A DNA stretch of 64,000 nt. Source: Armatimonadota bacterium (GTDB lineage: Bacteria; Armatimonadota; HRBIN16). Shown here one piece after another: positions 36,825 through 46,708 of the stretch (position 1 is its first letter; each line of letters starts with the position of its first letter). The stretch covers positions 1,184,001-1,248,000 of the forward strand of contig OY781964.1 in assembly GCA_963677485.1 (NCBI GenBank). The letters run 5' to 3'. The notes beneath the pieces are model-generated. The model worked only from the letters and a program-made list of their open reading frames with translations. It did not search any database and was not told where the DNA came from. Position numbers and translations under genes: made by a program.

Positions 36825-38444
36825 CTATTCGCCGCCAGCCAGGTCGATAGCGAAGAAGGCGGGGCTCAGCCGTTCACCGGTGATCTGCTCCAGCAACTCA
36901 TCCCAATGCACGCTTTTGCCCGCTGCGAACAATCCATCACACAGATACTTGCCCGTCTCCGGGCTACTAATCATCTGCTCATCGCTTAGCCCCTGCCGAC
37001 GTAAATCCGCCAGCAACTGCGAGGCCATCATTTCACCCAGGATGTAGTTCTGGTAATAGGCGGGGGCGATCGACAGGTGGATTTTCGTGGCCCAGTCGGC
37101 ATCTGCCTCGCTGCGAGGCGTGTAGACCATCTGGTATTTCTGCACGACCTCCCACCACATCCGGTTTAAATCAGCTTCAGGATGGGCATACAGCCGACGC
37201 TCGAACTCGCACATCACCAGCACCCAGCGTGTGAACACCAGCAGCTCCTGACGTAACTGCGCCTGAAGCAGCGGCCCGATCTGCTGAACCAGCTCAGCCT
37301 CCAAGCCGCTATACATGCTCAGCCAGGCAGTGTTCTTCGTAAAGCGGCCCATCAGTTCGGCCACGGCCTCTGTGCTGAGGGTGTGGGCGGGCTCACGCAG
37401 GAAGAAGGGCAGCTCTTGGTCGATATATTTGTCATACACGGCGTGACCAAGCTCGTGCAGCATCGTGCTGAGCCAGCGCTCGGTGCCGCGCAGGTTGCAC
37501 AGAATGCGGATGTCCTGGGCGCGGTCGATGTTCGTGCAGAAGGCATGCTGGCATTTCCCATCGCGTTCATATAGATCACTGCGCGCCATGATGTCCGACA
37601 CATCCATCCCGATGTTTTCATAGAACCCGCTGCAGATCTCCTCGATCGGCAGCTCTTCAAACGCCTTGCCGATCTGCTGGTCACTGGCGGGCACACTTTG
37701 AAAGAAGGGGTCACCATAATGGCCAGGATGAAGCTGCTCTACCGGTATTCCGAACTTTTGTGAGAGCTTGACATCCAACTGCTGCTTGAACTGCGCATAG
37801 GGCTCACGTGTGAGTTCATCCAACTGCTCCAGCAGCTCCGCCAGATGCTGCGGCTCCAGCTCCTGAAGCTCAATCGCCATGCTGTAGTAGTCATTGAAAC
37901 CCAAGCGGACGGCTTCCCTGTTGCGGATGTTCACCAGCTCCAGCAGTTTGGGTGCGACTAACGGGCCGATCTGCTTGCTGGCCTCCCAGGCGCGCTGGCA
38001 CCGGGACGGGTCATCGCTGTGCTCCAGCACGGCCGCCAGCTCGTTGTCAGAGCAGGCGTTGCCATCAAGCACAGCCCGGAAATTGTTGAAAATCTGCCCG
38101 AGTTCCGTTTCCAGTTGGGTAATCTGCGTGATGGCCTCTGGGCTGATCTGCCCGGCCTGAAACTCGCGGTAGAGTAGCTCATACTGCCGACGCTGTAGCT
38201 CATCCTCGATCTCACCTGCCCGCAACTCGCTGACGACGGCGAAATGCTGCGGATCGGCGAACACCGAGGCAAGCTGCTCTCCCAGCTCAGCGGTGCGTGC
38301 GGCCTGAGCCTCATCACCGGTCAGGTTAAGCAGCCAACTGGATTCGGCATATTGTTGGGCGAGGGGTTGTATGATGGCTTGCAAATGCATTAAATACCCC
38401 TGCGCAGGTTGACTGGCAGGGGTTTTGTTCTGGTCTATGCTCAT
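36825..38444 (-). CDS. M3/M2-like zinc metallopeptidase
   Basis: LHELGHA zinc motif, STEAVAE third ligand, KIHL..APAYYQNY. Confidence 0.87.
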   Translation of the reverse strand: MSIDQNKTPASQPAQGYLMHLQAIIQPLAQQYAESSWLLNLTGDEAQAARTAELGEQLASVFADPQHFAVVSELRAGEIEDELQRRQYELLYREFQAGQISPEAITQITQLETELGQIFNNFRAVLDGNACSDNELAAVLEHSDDPSRCQRAWEASKQIGPLVAPKLLELVNIRNREAVRLGFNDYYSMAIELQELEPQHLAELLEQLDELTREPYAQFKQQLDVKLSQKFGIPVEQLHPGHYGDPFFQSVPASDQQIGKAFEELPIEEICSGFYENIGMDVSDIMARSDLYERDGKCQHAFCTNIDRAQDIRILCNLRGTERWLSTMLHELGHAVYDKYIDQELPFFLREPAHTLSTEAVAELMGRFTKNTAWLSMYSGLEAELVQQIGPLLQAQLRQELLVFTRWVLVMCEFERRLYAHPEADLNRMWWEVVQKYQMVYTPRSEADADWATKIHLSIAPAYYQNYILGEMMASQLLADLRRQGLSDEQMISSPETGKYLCDGLFAAGKSVHWDELLEQITGERLSPAFFAIDLAGGE

Positions 38445-38454
38445 GAACCGGCGG

Positions 38455-38781
38455 CTATTTCAGCATCTGCAATATCATCAGCATGGGGCTGGTGGCGTAC
38501 ACACTGTGCGGTAGTTTAGCTTCCATGTAGCAGAAGAAGCCAGCGGGGGCAGGAACCGGTGTGGCATCACCCAACCCTACCGTGGCGTCGCCCTTGATGA
38601 TCTGAATGATGGCCGGTATGGAGGCGGTGTGCTGGGAAAGCTCCTGGCCGGTATCAAACGCGAAAAGAAGTATCTTGATGGAATCAGCTTCCCATAATGT
38701 CTTGCTGAGTATCCCATTTTCGGGGATAGGGGTGTTGGTGATATCTGGGTCTACCACGTATGATTTGGGTGTCTGACTCAT
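38455..38781 (-). CDS. Cupin domain protein
   Basis: LFAFDTGQELSQHTA...MEAKLPHSVYA. Confidence 0.87.
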   Translation of the reverse strand: MSQTPKSYVVDPDITNTPIPENGILSKTLWEADSIKILLFAFDTGQELSQHTASIPAIIQIIKGDATVGLGDATPVPAPAGFFCYMEAKLPHSVYATSPMLMILQMLK

Positions 38782-38829
38782 TGGGGTTCCTCCGGTGTTG
38801 GTTTTTATTAATGGTACCCGATCCGGCCA

Positions 38830-39516
38830 TCAATAGCGTACATAACTCCCTTTACGGTAATACGCACGCAGCAGCCTGTCTTTACCCATGACCGTTATGG
38901 TTAATAAGCCCGCAATGAACCCGCCGACATGCGCCCACGTCGCCACACCAGGTTGCGGCATCAGTAGTTGAAATACGAACCATATACCAAGCATCACGAC
39001 AGCCGGCACAGAGATCACCGTGATAATAAAGGTGAACAACAGAACCCGCACCCGGGCATGAGGGAACAGAACCGCGTAGCTGCCCAGAACCCCCGCAATG
39101 GCTCCGCTGGCACCCAGGGTGGGGATATTGCTGCCGATATTGATCGCGGCGTGAAACAGAGCCGCCACCGCTCCCCAGAACAGGTAGAGCACGATGAAGC
39201 GGCCATGACCGACGACATCCTCTATGTTATTGCCAAATATCCACAGAAAAAGCATGTTTCCTAGCAGGTGCATCCAGCCTCCATGCAGAAACATTGAGGT
39301 GAAGATTGTGACGACCGAGGGATCATAGGTCTGAACGATTGTATGCTTGCATACGTCCAAAAGTTTGCAAGGCACCATAGTAAATGCTATAAGTGCGTTA
39401 GGAGCTCCGGGGCCGAGAATGCGGTCCCACAAAAATAACAGGATGTTAATGATGATCAGAGCAATAGTGACCACCGGGACGCTTTTAGTTGGGTTATCAT
39501 CACCTATGGGAATCAT
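38830..39516 (-). CDS. Rhomboid intramembrane serine protease
   Basis: MFLHGGWMHLLGNMLFLW, GASG (catalytic Ser), AHVGGF (catalytic His). Confidence 0.93.
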   Translation of the reverse strand: MIPIGDDNPTKSVPVVTIALIIINILLFLWDRILGPGAPNALIAFTMVPCKLLDVCKHTIVQTYDPSVVTIFTSMFLHGGWMHLLGNMLFLWIFGNNIEDVVGHGRFIVLYLFWGAVAALFHAAINIGSNIPTLGASGAIAGVLGSYAVLFPHARVRVLLFTFIITVISVPAVVMLGIWFVFQLLMPQPGVATWAHVGGFIAGLLTITVMGKDRLLRAYYRKGSYVRY

Positions 39517-39614
39517 GGTATAAACCACTCTCCTTTATACATCTTGATACAATCCAAGTATACTGCATGGTAAGGCGCATCTATACGTCGAACCTTCTTA
39601 GAGGAGCAAAACCG

Positions 39615-40928
39615 ATGAGGATACCTTTAGCCTGTCTGGCAATATTCGTAACAGTTACCGCGGCGCAAGCGCAGCCTTTGTCAATAGTTCAAGCGGTAGA
39701 GACCGCGATGGCTAATCGTCCTTCGCTGGTGCGAGCCAGCCTCGCGGTGAAGTCGGCAAAGAACGCCGTCACTCAGGCCAGCTCAGCCTATTACCCCGAG
39801 GTGAGCACTGGCGGGCAATACACATACAAGCGCACCCGTAGTGACGTCACCGGCGGCGGTTCGGCTGTGGGAGTGATGGATCAGACCGACGCGAGTATCG
39901 ATGCCTCGATCAAGCTGTTTGATCTTGGTCAGCGAAACTGGACAGTCTCCAGCAGTAAGCGCGGGTATGAATCAGCACTCGAGGCTTATCGCGAAGAGAG
40001 GCAGCAGACGATCTTAGCCGTATCACAGGCATACATGAACGCCTATCTATATAAGCGTGTATACGACGTCCGCACCCAGCAGCTTGAGCGCACCTTAAAG
40101 GAGTCTGAGCTGATCCGGGCCCAGGTGGCCGAAGGAGCCAGTGCCAAGACGAACCTGCTTCAGGCGGAAGCCAGTGCGGCGAATGCCCAGGTGGCACTGC
40201 TGCAGGCTGATACCGATGCTCAAACCGCCATGACCAACCTGGCGGTGACGATGGGCTTAGGCGCCAAAGAGCAGTGGGAATTGACTCTGCCAGCGGTATT
40301 TGGCAACATGCGCTCGAACACCCCAGAAGCGGTTCTGAACTTGAGAGGCAGCACCCCTGCTGAGCAGTTAAACGTGGCGTTAGCCAACCGCCCCGATATG
40401 CGTATGAGCCGGTTGTCTGCAGAAATGAGCCGACTGAGTTATCGCACCACGGCAGCCAATTCTGGCGTGACCGTTAGCGGCAATGCCAGTACAAGCTACA
40501 ATTTTTCCCCTGGTGATAGCGATTCAGGAACAGTCATGGTGATGGCCAATATCCCGGTTTTTGATGCCGGTTCATCGAAAGCCACGAAGGACATCGCCAA
40601 AGCGAACTATGACAGCTCGATCCAGAATATGCGCACCACTGAACTGCAAGTGATGTCCGAGTTGGAGAACTACCGCTTGGAGCGCAAAAACGCAGCTTTA
40701 CGGCTCACCGCCGCTGAAACCGCGTTGAAGGTGAGTCAAAGCAACTACGACAGTGCACAGGAAAGTCTGAAAGAGGGCGTGGGCACCATCGTGGAAGTGC
40801 TGACCGCACGTGCTGCTTATACCGACGCCGAGGTCAACCTGGCTCAGGCACAGAGTGACAACACCATGAGTTTGATCAAATGGCAGACCGCGCTTGGCGA
40901 GGATGACATCATCACCAGCGAGAAGTAG
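39615..40928 (+). CDS. TolC-family outer-membrane efflux protein
   Basis: Signal peptide, two OEP repeats (ANRP...; IPVFDAG). No partner RND/MFP genes adjacent. Confidence 0.87.
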   Translation: MRIPLACLAIFVTVTAAQAQPLSIVQAVETAMANRPSLVRASLAVKSAKNAVTQASSAYYPEVSTGGQYTYKRTRSDVTGGGSAVGVMDQTDASIDASIKLFDLGQRNWTVSSSKRGYESALEAYREERQQTILAVSQAYMNAYLYKRVYDVRTQQLERTLKESELIRAQVAEGASAKTNLLQAEASAANAQVALLQADTDAQTAMTNLAVTMGLGAKEQWELTLPAVFGNMRSNTPEAVLNLRGSTPAEQLNVALANRPDMRMSRLSAEMSRLSYRTTAANSGVTVSGNASTSYNFSPGDSDSGTVMVMANIPVFDAGSSKATKDIAKANYDSSIQNMRTTELQVMSELENYRLERKNAALRLTAAETALKVSQSNYDSAQESLKEGVGTIVEVLTARAAYTDAEVNLAQAQSDNTMSLIKWQTALGEDDIITSEK

Positions 40929-40949
40929 TCACCGCTCCCGTTTGTTTCG

Positions 40950-40989
40950 GAACCGCGTCAGTTTAACGACTGGCGCGGTTTTTTATTTT
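40950..40989 (+). terminator. Intrinsic terminator after the TolC gene
   Basis: aaccgcgtcagt-ttaacg-actggcgcggtt followed by ttttatttt. Confidence 0.75.
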
Positions 40990-41201
40990 GGGAGAGGGTA
41001 ATCCACAGATGACACAGATTGCGCGGGGATTCTCAACGCAATGGCGCAAAGGTGCAAGGACGCAAAGGGAATATGAATGGCTGAGTCCAGGGCGGTCTGG
41101 CGTACAACGCCTAACGTCGTCCGCTACGAAAAGGGCAACCACGGGGCTTGGGCACGGCACGCCATGCCCCTACTGCCCTTCGCGTCTTCGCGTGAGAAAA
41201 C

Positions 41202-42275
41202 TTACCCCTTCAGCTCCTGCACCTTCGCGGTTCCGTAGCGCAGGGTTTCGTCCAGCAGCGCTTCTAAGCTGGCCAGTGGGCAGTCGGGGGTAATCCCGTT
41301 ACCGGCGGTCATCATCAGCCGACCCTCTGGGCGCTGGTAGGTGTCGATCATAAACTGCACTTCCCGCCTGACATCCTCAGGGCTGCCCCAGGGGATGGTC
41401 TGCTGAACATCCATGCCCGCCAGGATGGTAATCTGGCTGCCAAACTTTTCGGCGATCTCCCGCTCATCCATCGTGTATTTCTGAATGGGGTGGATCACAT
41501 CAAGCCCAATTTTGATAAACTCAGGCATGAAAGGCGTCACACATCCGCAGGTGTGCAGCCAGAAGTGCATACCGAGCTCGTGAGCCTTGCCGATCATTTG
41601 AGCATAGTAAGGCTCAAAGAACTCCTTGAATACTTTGGGCGAAAAGAAGGTGGAGTTTTGGGTGCCCAGGTCATCGCTGACAAATAAACCGTCGCAATGG
41701 CCTTCAATCTTCAACCGCTCCAGAACACCGCAGTAATAGTCGGCCAAGGCTGCATACAACCGATGGGTCTCTTCGGGGTAGAAAGCGTAGTCGGTCAGGC
41801 AGTTCTCCATCCCACGAAGACTCCAATGGCGCTCAAACAAAGTGAACCACCAGTGCCCCAACCGGTAGCGTCCGTCATCGGCAGGAACACCGGCACTCAT
41901 CACCGCCGGTGAGCTGGCTTTGGGGAAGTTTTCGATCACTTCATCCAGCCGGTCCCAGTCGGGCATGGCGATGTGGCTATCGAGCGCGGCCGATTGCTGT
42001 GTCGTATCGGCGTCGTATGGCAGCCAGCGGTACGAAGGGTCCAAAGGGTGCCCTTCGATCCCGCCTGGCATCACGGCAGGCACCACAGTGATATCGCAAG
42101 GATATTTGGCCAGTAACGCAGCCGCTTCGGCCTCATGGGCGCCAAAAACAGAGGCACTCGTCCAGAAGTGATGAAGCATCGGCACGCGGGATGCAGTAAA
42201 CCGTCCCTCAATCACTGAGACCATCTCTTCGCGAGTTAACGGGCGGTAGTCTATGTGCTCATCTGCCAATGCCAT
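41202..42275 (-). CDS. Uroporphyrinogen decarboxylase (URO-D/MtaA-CmuA) family protein
   Basis: LRGMENCL, SDDLGTQ, HTCGC, GMDVQ..GSPEDV motifs. Confidence 0.87.
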   Translation of the reverse strand: MALADEHIDYRPLTREEMVSVIEGRFTASRVPMLHHFWTSASVFGAHEAEAAALLAKYPCDITVVPAVMPGGIEGHPLDPSYRWLPYDADTTQQSAALDSHIAMPDWDRLDEVIENFPKASSPAVMSAGVPADDGRYRLGHWWFTLFERHWSLRGMENCLTDYAFYPEETHRLYAALADYYCGVLERLKIEGHCDGLFVSDDLGTQNSTFFSPKVFKEFFEPYYAQMIGKAHELGMHFWLHTCGCVTPFMPEFIKIGLDVIHPIQKYTMDEREIAEKFGSQITILAGMDVQQTIPWGSPEDVRREVQFMIDTYQRPEGRLMMTAGNGITPDCPLASLEALLDETLRYGTAKVQELKG

Positions 42276-42276
42276 T

Positions 42277-42828
42277 TTAGGTCCCCTGAAGTATGGATCG
42301 GTATGATTCGGACTTGGCGTCTCCGCAGCAGGCCAGTTTGACGCAGCTCAGACCCTGTCCATTGGCTGTCACAGCCTGCTTCAGTATCTCGGCGGCTTGC
42401 TCAATGCTCCAGTGAACCAGGCTGTCCGCCACATCCACTATCATCACGCTTTTCGCGCCTAGTTCCTTCGCTTTGTTGAGCGCGGCTGCCAGACCGTCCA
42501 GCACAGCCTGCGAACTGCTGAAGTTCATGCCATCAATTACATTCACATATAGGATGTTCTTCAACGGCAGCAGGCCACGACCTGCCACAGCGACCCCGCC
42601 CATGGGCAGCGGTGCTTGCAGACGCAGCGCATCTTCCACATCCTGACCGGCTTCATCACGCACCCACTTGGCAGCGCCTTTACCCAGCCAGCACATCGAA
42701 TTGCCCAGCACCACAAGCGCATCGGCTTTTGTGCGGTTCAAGTGGTGGTTGGTGTAGAGCTGCACGCGGATACTGTTCAGCGTGGTGCTCCATTTTGGGC
42801 GTGGATACCAGTCTTCAAAGGGGTTCAT
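42277..42828 (-). CDS. Macro-domain-like protein (divergent)
   Basis: ADALVVLGNS..LGKGAA, APLPMGGVAVAGRGLLPLKNILY, ALNKAKELGAKSV match the macro-fold pattern. Confidence 0.7.
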   Translation of the reverse strand: MNPFEDWYPRPKWSTTLNSIRVQLYTNHHLNRTKADALVVLGNSMCWLGKGAAKWVRDEAGQDVEDALRLQAPLPMGGVAVAGRGLLPLKNILYVNVIDGMNFSSSQAVLDGLAAALNKAKELGAKSVMIVDVADSLVHWSIEQAAEILKQAVTANGQGLSCVKLACCGDAKSESYRSILQGT

Positions 42829-42917
42829 GATCTGTCACCTGTGCTTGGTTACGGCCAGATGGCCGTGTATCTATCTATGCCCATTTTACCCTAATGCTCG
42901 CCGAGGTGTGGTTTCAT

Positions 42918-43091
42918 GCCACGGGTACCCTACGGGCTGTGGGCGTGTAGGGATGGGTCTTGTGCCCATCCCGCCCGCAAGAGGGCGCAAGGACTCCCAA
43001 CGCCCGCCGGAACGCGGGCTGGTACTGATCAGCGATGGGTGACAGTGCCCGTACCGGGACGAAGTCACGGACGGGCCACGGAACCCGTTGC
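42918..43091. repeat. Structured repeat family F, copy 2
   Basis: Blocks shared with 5112-5292; also carries a GTAG-REP hairpin at about 42947-42972. Confidence 0.7.
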
Positions 43092-43159
43092 CAAGGACTA
43101 GTGGTTTGGGTCGCAGATGATCAGCCCATGCAACCGCGGGTTCAGAATCATTGATTCGC

Positions 43160-43285
43160 CCCCGCGCCCTGAAGGACGCGGCTTATTAGCCGAAAAGCCG
43201 GCTAGAAGCCGGCTGCGGTAACACAGGCGCCCAGACTGCTTCAACAGGCTTGATAATCAATAGCCGAGACATTGATGTCGCGGTA
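43160..43285. repeat. Family A REP-like doublet
   Basis: gcgccctgaaggacgcggcttatt...aagccggct and tcaatagccgagacattgatgtcgcgg match the 3430-3760 cluster. Confidence 0.78.
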
Positions 43286-43311
43286 ACACCTCATTTATCC
43301 TAAAATACAAC

Positions 43312-45333
43312 CTACACCGGAGGTCTGCCCAGGTCAGTCTGGGCTGAAGCTTCCAGAGCTCTCAAGCGAACCTTGATGGCCCAGTTGCCAGGCGCAGCCT
43401 CGTGGATTTTGCGCAAGGCCGATATGGCTGCCGCCGGGTTGCCGATCAAATTCACCGCCAACCGGTCCGCCACACGAGACCGCATGACGCCAAGGAAGTA
43501 TGGGATGCCAAACAGAGTGATACCTGCCACTATAATGAAAGGGATAGGCTCCAGGCTGGAAGGCAATAATAGAGTTACTACGGCAAAAAACGCAAAACCG
43601 ATTAGGTTTTGTGCGACCCTAATCCACTTGCGTTCTTCGTTGAGCAGACTCGCACTAGTCAGGAATTTTAACTCGTCATCGCTCAGTGTATCGAATGCTA
43701 ATCGCGATATGCTCATTTCATTTCCTATCAACAACACGGTGATCACGCGATAGGAATCTAAGCTGTTAACGAGCTTTATACTTGGACTGCGGATACCGCG
43801 CAGAGCGGCCAATGCAGTCAGATCGCATTGTAGTTTCGATAACCGTTCCTTGTAGTCATCAGCATAGGTTGGTATCAACCTTGGTAAAATCGCATTTTCC
43901 CGCTTCCTCAGCAACACGGTCACACCGATATTCGCCAAGAAAACTACCAACAACTCAATGATGAAGCCCGGTAATGACGAGTACAAAACTGACATGGGTA
44001 AATAAAACACCAGGGCCATCATCACTATAAAGTTACCGACCTCAATGAGCCAGTGCTGGGCACGCATCCGCTGCACTTCAGGATACGCGGCCAGACGGTC
44101 GGTGGCATCGAGCAATCTCGACCGGACCATGTTTTGCAGTATCCAGTAACCTGCGATGGGCACCAACAGACTGACAACCAACGGAACGGCCACTGCCCAC
44201 ACCACCAAACCGGGCCTAAACCACATCGCGTAGAGGCTCAGTTGGGCGTTGAGGGAGGCCATAAATGCCGCGATGATCAGCACGATGGCAGCCAGCATAG
44301 TACGGACATAGATACGGCCGGCCTCAGTCTTCCGCTCCTTGTCTGGCAACTCAGAAGTGCGTAATACTCGGCGGCTCACGATCACTACGAATAGTGGTGC
44401 GACCAACAGGCAGAGCAACGGCCAGTAGTCCGCGGTTGTCAGCTTGACCGACACCACCATATGGCCCAATTCGGGATGCCTGCTCAAATCGTAGATGTTG
44501 CTTCTTGGCGTCTGCTGGTCAGGATTCAGCGCGGGCAGCATCTTTGCCGATTTCGAGACCTTTACGATGCCGGGTTTCTCGATGCCTTGCTTCTGAAGCA
44601 TCTGCAGAATCTGCTCGAGGGGTAATGCCTCTCTGTAGCTCCTGAGCCCGAACCGCGTGCTGTTCTTGGTAATCATCGCCACGGTATAGTTATGATCCTG
44701 AATGACATAGGTGTGCCGTTCCATATCCTTGTTATACGGCAGCCGCATAAGATGGTCAAACAGCAGAGTCGGTTGTACTGACTTAGGGGCCACGACCCAT
44801 ATCTTAGATACCGCCGGCATAACCTGCACGAAGATGAAGTAGCGTCGATAGTTCGCAGCAGGGGTCGGAACCGCACTTGGCAGCAGACCTTGATGGTTGA
44901 GAGTTTTCAATTGAGCTGACTTAAGATATGGTCCGCTGATGAATATGGATCCCCTAACTCCGAATCCCGCTTTTGTATACGGGTCACCAAATCCCGGAAC
45001 AGTAGGCAAAGTGGGATCCGGAAGCCGAGGCATGGTACCCCCCGGAGACCGAGGTTGCATTGACATAGGTGGGTTCGATGTCAGTGACGGTGCCGGACCA
45101 ATTGGAGGATCTGGCCACATATCTGGAATTTCATATTTCTGCGGTGTCTTTGTTCCTAGCGGTGGCAGTTTGCGCTCCACAGGCCTATAGCTGCGGGCCG
45201 CATCAATGGAAGGAGCAGGGGGTGCCGGAAATGCTGGCTTGGTTTGGGTATCGGCTTGAAGACCTGGGCCCATCGAGCCGCACACAAACAAAGCTAATAC
45301 CACAAGCAACACAGGATTGGGTCTGGACATCAT
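43312..45333 (-). CDS. Multi-pass membrane protein with Pro-rich N-terminus and degenerate M48 peptidase-like C-terminus
   Basis: About seven TM helices. LSDDELKF and ADRLAVNLIGNPAAAISALRKI resemble M48, but there is no HExxH. Confidence 0.6.
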   Translation of the reverse strand: MMSRPNPVLLVVLALFVCGSMGPGLQADTQTKPAFPAPPAPSIDAARSYRPVERKLPPLGTKTPQKYEIPDMWPDPPIGPAPSLTSNPPMSMQPRSPGGTMPRLPDPTLPTVPGFGDPYTKAGFGVRGSIFISGPYLKSAQLKTLNHQGLLPSAVPTPAANYRRYFIFVQVMPAVSKIWVVAPKSVQPTLLFDHLMRLPYNKDMERHTYVIQDHNYTVAMITKNSTRFGLRSYREALPLEQILQMLQKQGIEKPGIVKVSKSAKMLPALNPDQQTPRSNIYDLSRHPELGHMVVSVKLTTADYWPLLCLLVAPLFVVIVSRRVLRTSELPDKERKTEAGRIYVRTMLAAIVLIIAAFMASLNAQLSLYAMWFRPGLVVWAVAVPLVVSLLVPIAGYWILQNMVRSRLLDATDRLAAYPEVQRMRAQHWLIEVGNFIVMMALVFYLPMSVLYSSLPGFIIELLVVFLANIGVTVLLRKRENAILPRLIPTYADDYKERLSKLQCDLTALAALRGIRSPSIKLVNSLDSYRVITVLLIGNEMSISRLAFDTLSDDELKFLTSASLLNEERKWIRVAQNLIGFAFFAVVTLLLPSSLEPIPFIIVAGITLFGIPYFLGVMRSRVADRLAVNLIGNPAAAISALRKIHEAAPGNWAIKVRLRALEASAQTDLGRPPV

Positions 45334-45499
45334 ATCTGCCTCCGATTACGATCTATACAACCATCGTTTCATTATACGGCAGCTTGTGTTTCGATTCCTT
45401 CCTGGTGTGACAGCATTTCAGCTCTTGTCCAAGATCTAGCCATGAAACATTATGTGATTCAGCTCGGGTTGGTTTTGGCCAGCCCGAGCATCATGTTGA

Positions 45500-46234
45500 T
45501 CAATCAGCAACGCTCAATCCGGCAAATTTGTTATAGATGGTTCGCGAATCGGTCCATCCCGTGATCCCTGTAGAAGACTTCACGAGATACTGACCATCAG
45601 TTCGTGTTTGCCCTTGTTGTCGAAACTGGGCAATCATGACTTTGCTTTTCGGCTTCAGTTGGATTATAGCCTTGCCACTTAGGTCAGGTGTTTTGTATAT
45701 CGAGACAGGCTCTCGAACAGTCGCGGCTTGGCCTACGGGGTACACCTTTTGTGGCACTAATCTCAGCTCACGATGTTTATTGTCCAGGACGTATTTATCT
45801 GTTTTTTCCCAAAAGCCCATCCAGTCACGGACATAGATATCGCCCTGCCCCTTGAATACAGGCCATCGCTGTAATATCCCCATCAGCTTTACGCCTTTGG
45901 TGTTGAATCCGTAAACCCAGTAAATGTCGTCTTCACTAGGACCTGGTGTGTGAACGGCGATTTCTTTGTACTTGTCCTTGGTATCGATATCAACTACCAT
46001 GAAACCATCAACTGGTTCTACTGTATTGCTCATGGCTTTGTGTCCGCTCACCGTCAGCGTGAATGTAGATTTCTTGTCATTGTATGCGAGGAGGATTTTT
46101 TCCTTAACTCCATCGCTATTCAGGTCGACAGTCGCTGTCTTCATGAACCGTGGGGCCGATGCCGAGGCCACCGTCGATAACATCATCATGACCGAAAGCA
46201 CAGATAGCGAAGCCATTTCGATATGCCTGTTCAT
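45500..46234 (-). CDS. Secreted hypothetical protein (DLNxDG motif, possible C-terminal SH3-like domain)
   Basis: Signal peptide, VDLNSDGVKE, C-terminal YLVKSSTGITGW. GGAGG RBS. Confidence 0.65.
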   Translation of the reverse strand: MNRHIEMASLSVLSVMMMLSTVASASAPRFMKTATVDLNSDGVKEKILLAYNDKKSTFTLTVSGHKAMSNTVEPVDGFMVVDIDTKDKYKEIAVHTPGPSEDDIYWVYGFNTKGVKLMGILQRWPVFKGQGDIYVRDWMGFWEKTDKYVLDNKHRELRLVPQKVYPVGQAATVREPVSIYKTPDLSGKAIIQLKPKSKVMIAQFRQQGQTRTDGQYLVKSSTGITGWTDSRTIYNKFAGLSVAD

Positions 46235-46708
46235 TTTCAAATTCCTCCCTGGAACGATGGCGAATCTCATGCCGTTTCAGCAGTCATGTAAACGAGTGCT
46301 GATAAGGCAGATTTAGTGTAGCAGGAGTTTAATGAGAATTCAACCACATAACCGTCATTATTTGAGACATTACAGCTATACACGGTTATGGTTTTTATGT
46401 CAACCCCTTTCATCGTGAAAGAATCGCATAGGTATTGTGAAGAGGCTTATCCATCAACCGGTCTTTATGGTTGGGCAAAATCAGTTCGCTTGCCTCAAAG
46501 TCGTTCATCATCGGGAATATTCGCAATGTGGGTACCCCGTGAGATAATCAGGCAAATAGATCAAGCAGGATGAAATATCCAAGTTATCGTTTTGGTGCCA
46601 CTTTTGCCGGCTGGTTACAAGTATCTACCGGGCCATACTTGGTATCCTTCGAGGGCCGTGATATCATTAAATGGTGTTTCTGCCAAAATCTCACACGAGC
46701 GGAGTACT

